Of a stretch of DNA of 64,000 nucleotides, positions 60,671 to 64,000 are shown piece by piece (position 1 is the first letter of the stretch; each line of letters begins with the position of its first letter). A program made the position numbers and the translations under genes. Source of the stretch: Anthoceros angustus (taxonomy: Eukaryota; Plantae; Anthocerotophyta); the NCBI GenBank assembly GCA_010909165.1, contig MU008167.1, positions 1,550,001 through 1,614,000 of the forward strand, given 5' to 3'. The notes under the pieces were generated by a model. That model was given only the letters and a program-made list of their open reading frames with translations, did no database searches and was not told the origin of the DNA.

Positions 60671-61256
60671 TTTGGTCCTACTGTTTTATTTCTAACTTGT
60701 TTGATTGTTTGTGGGTAGCTTACTTCGGTGTTTTGGCCGGCCAGCTGTGTAGTCACCTAATATTAGATACTCAGAAACTGTACTTGTAGGCATTGCCATC
60801 CCTGGACCTCTTCTACTCTCAAACTAGGGAGTTCTACATACATACATACATACATATTGACACCTTAAGAATTGTGTACAAAGCGCAAATCTATCTCTGG
60901 TCGGAAAACCGGGAATCCCCTCCGCTTGTTTCCTCTTTTTGTTGCCACTGATCCGCAACAAGTTTCACACTAAACTCCGTTTTAGTTAGCAATTTTCGTT
61001 TTGGTTGGATTCAACCATCTGTCCGTCTTTCAAGCAGTAGCTTCGATAGCAGCTCAGGGATCGTTGAGACACACACGAAAGCATGCAGATACACCATGAG
61101 ATCTTGTGACCATTTTGTCCCTCCAACAATTTCATACGGAGATTTTTTGTCCACAAGATGTAAAGTACTGAGGCAGAGGTATTGTATCATAGTCTATAGT
61201 TTGTCTATGTAATCTATCTATGAATCTGTTTCTGAGAGTTCCTCTATGTGGCAAGC

Positions 61257-61689
61257 TCATTACCCAAAAAAATTAGAAACTCATTACCCAAAAAAATTAG
61301 AAATATATGATACGGATAGTGCATATATTCACGTGGACACATATTCAATGCGATAGTGCATATGCTCACGTGGACACATATTCAATCCGAACATACAATT
61401 GTAGCTAGTGACGAGAAAGGGACTGACAAATCTTGAACACACGTTTGTAACTTGTAAAGAGAAATAGATTGACAAAATCTTTGAACAAACGTCCATGTGG
61501 CTTCAGTCTCTCATTTAGCGTTGTTGAGAATTAACACACAAAAAATTGTACATACTACAGTCAACTCAGTAAGAGAGATCCGCCATCAGCTGTGCTTAGT
61601 CTCTCATTTAGCGTTGTTGGGAATTAACACACAAGAAATTGTACATACTACAGTCAACTCAGCAAGAGAGATCCGCCATCAGCTGTGCT
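61257..61689. repeat. Cluster of short tandem duplications (24 bp x2, ~37 bp x2, 93 bp x2 at 61505-61689)
   Basis: ctcattacccaaaaaaattagaaa x2; gatagtgcatat..cacgtggacacatattcaat x2; agtctctcatttagcgttgttg...ccatcagctgtgct x2. Confidence 0.85.
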
Positions 61690-62465
61690 CTACAATTTGG
61701 CTGTTTTTATGGAGAAGGGTTGCTTAAAGAGGTAGACAGTGACCCGGCCTTGGGACAGAAGGGCTTTTGTTGCCTTGTTTCTGAGGTCAACAGATGCCAC
61801 TGCCATGGTGCTCCCAGCTCTCAAAACTCGGGCTTCCAGTTCCACCTCTAGCTGCAGTAGAGGCCACGTGAAAAGCCACTGTCAGCGTCCTGCTCACATA
61901 TATACATAAAGAACACATACTTTGGTAAAGCCTCATACTCATCCCTCACATTCAATGCAGCCCCAGATATGTAGGAAATGTTGATGTCGCTGGAGGTTCC
62001 CTTTTTTAACCCTACGACTGTCTTCACCGCTGTTAATCCAAAGACATCAATCAGCGTTGCTATGGCCCCTCCATGCAAGGTGTTGTACTTGTTCTGCAGC
62101 ATGATCCATGTATTGAGGTCAATCCACATGCAAGCTGATGTAGCCAGCACCAACAACTCCTCCTGATCTCCACTATTTGTTACATGGAATAGCTCCTCAA
62201 ATCTGAGGCAGCCGATACAAGCAGGGCCAAAGAGCTCAGAGAAAAAGGATCAGGGAGGAAGACACAACACCCTTACCGCAAGATGAGGAGGCACCCTGAA
62301 AGTTGCCAGCACACGCCCTGGCTCGGGGAAGGTGTATGCGATATCCTTGAGAACACAGCTCTCAAACTGGTTCAGCTCTTCCCGAAGTTCCAGAGGCCCC
62401 CTTGAAATCAAAGCATTCGTCCATTCCTTCACATATTTGAAAGCCTTGACCTTCTCTTCCGCCAT
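61690..62465 (-). CDS. HotDog-fold acyl-CoA thioesterase (PaaI/ACOT13-like), 3 exons, C-terminal AKL
   Basis: MAEEKVKAF..EPGRVLATFRVPPHLA / NKYNTLHGGAIATLIDVFGLTAV..GTSSDINISYISGAALN / LEVELEARVLRAGSTMAVASVDLRNKAT..LLSQGRVTVYLFKQPFSIKTAKL*. Confidence 0.9.
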
Positions 62466-62763
62466 CACCACGAGCTGATTCAACCTCCTTCCTGAGCCAG
62501 GGTTACAACTTACAAGTCGAGCTCCTCGTCGGTACCGGGCTTTCCGATGTCTCGCCCTACCTCAGTTAGAACTAACAGCTGGTTGTACCACGCGCCTATT
62601 GATAGTAAGCTGGACGTCGGCGCACCACGCCCCGCATTAAAACATGAAAACATCGCCTGTGCTGTGGAACGTACTGCGATTCCCTTCCCTGGCGAACCAC
62701 GCCATTCCCGCTTGAAATCTCATCAGGCGGGACTTTTGTCACTACCGCATTCAGCTTGTGATC

Positions 62764-63444
62764 ATGGCAGAGCTTTCCGCCAGGAGCAATTCTGAGGGAA
62801 TTGAGGCAGCTCGGGATTGGATCGAATTTTCTCAGAAGGGAGTTCCTCCGGAACTAGAGAAGGGGAAACCCGGATTCTTCGACTACTATGTCTGCCATCA
62901 CACCAAGCTCGAAAGCGCTGAGAACGGCCGCGTTGTTTTTTCCTTGAAAGTGACCCCAAGCATCTGCGTGAGTACCCGTCTGCATCTCCTTTTGTGAAGG
63001 TGAGTCGTGGTTGCGTGATCCTTGTGGATGAATGATGCTGTTTATTGGATGGATGCATGCAGAATGTGCTCAAGACCATACACGGAGGAGTAATAGCTTC
63101 CCTGGTGGACATCGTAGGGACAGCGGCCATCATCTCCACTGGAGAGCTGAAATCCGGAGTGTCTGTGGATATCAATGTGACTTACGTCTCCGTCGCCAAG
63201 CTCCACGTAAAACTGTTGCTCCCTGAATGAAGGATTTTGTGCGTGCGTGCTCTCTGTCGGTGCCTTGGAGTGACAGTCTTTCCTGCTATTTGTGTTACAG
63301 GACGAGATAGAGATCGAGGCCAAGTGCTTGAAAGTTGGTAGAGTCCTTGCTCAGGTGTCTGTGCACATGAGGAACCGGACAACAGGGGAAGTTGTTGCTG
63401 AGGGTCGTCATACCAAATATTTGCCCGTGGTCTCGAAATTGTAG
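62764..63444 (+). CDS. HotDog-fold acyl-CoA thioesterase (PaaI/ACOT13-like), 3 exons, C-terminal SKL
   Basis: MAELSARS..AENGRVVFSLKVTPSIC / NVLKTIHGGVIASLVDIVGTAAI..SGVSVDINVTYVSVAKLH / DEIEIEAKCLKVGRVLAQVSVHMRNRTTGEVVAEGRHTKYLPVVSKL*. Confidence 0.92.
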
Positions 63445-63672
63445 GGCTGTTACCGGTAAGAGACACGGCCACTGCTCTGATTGAGCAACAGAAAGTGTAT
63501 GCTGCTGGGAAACATAGCCGGCACGGAGCTGGATTGGGTGTGCAGAATGCCCTCCCATGGTCTTCTGATTATTACATTTGAAGCATCTTGTTAAACTGTA
63601 CAGCTGCTATTGAGATATTGGTACAAAATGGTATTTACAGTATGCAGGCAGAGTGGAGCAGCTGGAGATTTG

Positions 63673-64000
63673 TCACTTCGCTTGCGCCCCGATCTGCTCC
63701 GCAGACGTGCTCTCAAATATCCTGTCAGCGTTTCCTACTTCAAACCCATCTCTTCTATGCCATTCATGAATCTGCTGCACAGGATGAAGACTTTTAGTTA
63801 TGAACATCGACAAAGGCAGGTTTAGGAGAACCGGGAAGGTTTAGGAGAACCGGGAAGGGTTTAGGTTATGCACCTCTGCAGGATCGAGATTCTCGTACTT
63901 AGGCAGGACAAGCCGTTCTGCAAACTCTATGTAGGATCCAGGTACTGTTCTTACTTCACCGCCAGCAAACGCGTACGACGTCGTGTCTGCCACTGTGGAG
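63673..64000 (-). CDS. DUF1338-family protein (2-oxoadipate dioxygenase/decarboxylase HglS / rice FLO7-like), last two exons; 5' end outside window
   Basis: STVADTTSYAFAGGEVRTVPGSYIEFAERLVLPKYENLDPAE (63874-64000) / IHEWHRRDGFEVGNADRIFESTSAEQIGAQAK* (63673-63771); SYIEFAER and RRDGFEVGNADxIFEST are family-typical. Confidence 0.85.

Noticed and set aside
63819-63865. Interstitial telomere repeat (GGTTTAGG)
   Set aside because: Only a 19-bp unit repeated ~2.5 times inside the DUF1338 intron; no TTTAGGG run.

Overview
Eukaryotic plant nuclear DNA, most likely from a non-flowering land plant with a compact genome. A Selaginella-like lycophyte is my inference from the intron-containing penicillin-binding-protein gene, the CYP701 and the many short (~50-250 bp) introns. 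Left arm (1-12 kb): 3' part of a class A PBP gene with intact transpeptidase motifs, a 2OG-Fe(II) dioxygenase pseudogene head-to-head with a CYP701 (ent-kaurene oxidase family) gene that has an internal 1.45-kb tandem duplication, a di-ubiquitin gene with an hAT-type MITE upstream, and an old Gypsy integrase remnant. Middle (13.1-48.2 kb): a nested transposon stack with all target-site duplications still readable. A coiled-coil ORF is split by a CACTA element (24-bp TIRs, TCT TSD). The CACTA TnpA-like ORF is split by a head-to-tail Ty3/Gypsy dimer (LTR-int-LTR-int-LTR, GACAT TSD, tRNA-Asp PBS). Its ~3.6-kb LTRs appear to carry their own long ORF, which is the most novel signal here. The 16-24.7 kb stretch is a microhomology-joined mosaic of duplicated pieces, and all repeat copies carry dense 1-3 bp indels, so uncorrected long-read error or mis-assembly is a serious alternative there. 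Right arm (51-64 kb): clean genes for a TOG/HEAT protein, fatty acid amide hydrolase, a 5xCCCH zinc finger, two divergent HotDog acyl-CoA thioesterases with PTS1 tails, and the 3' end of a DUF1338 gene. All family assignments come from motif recognition; no database search was run.
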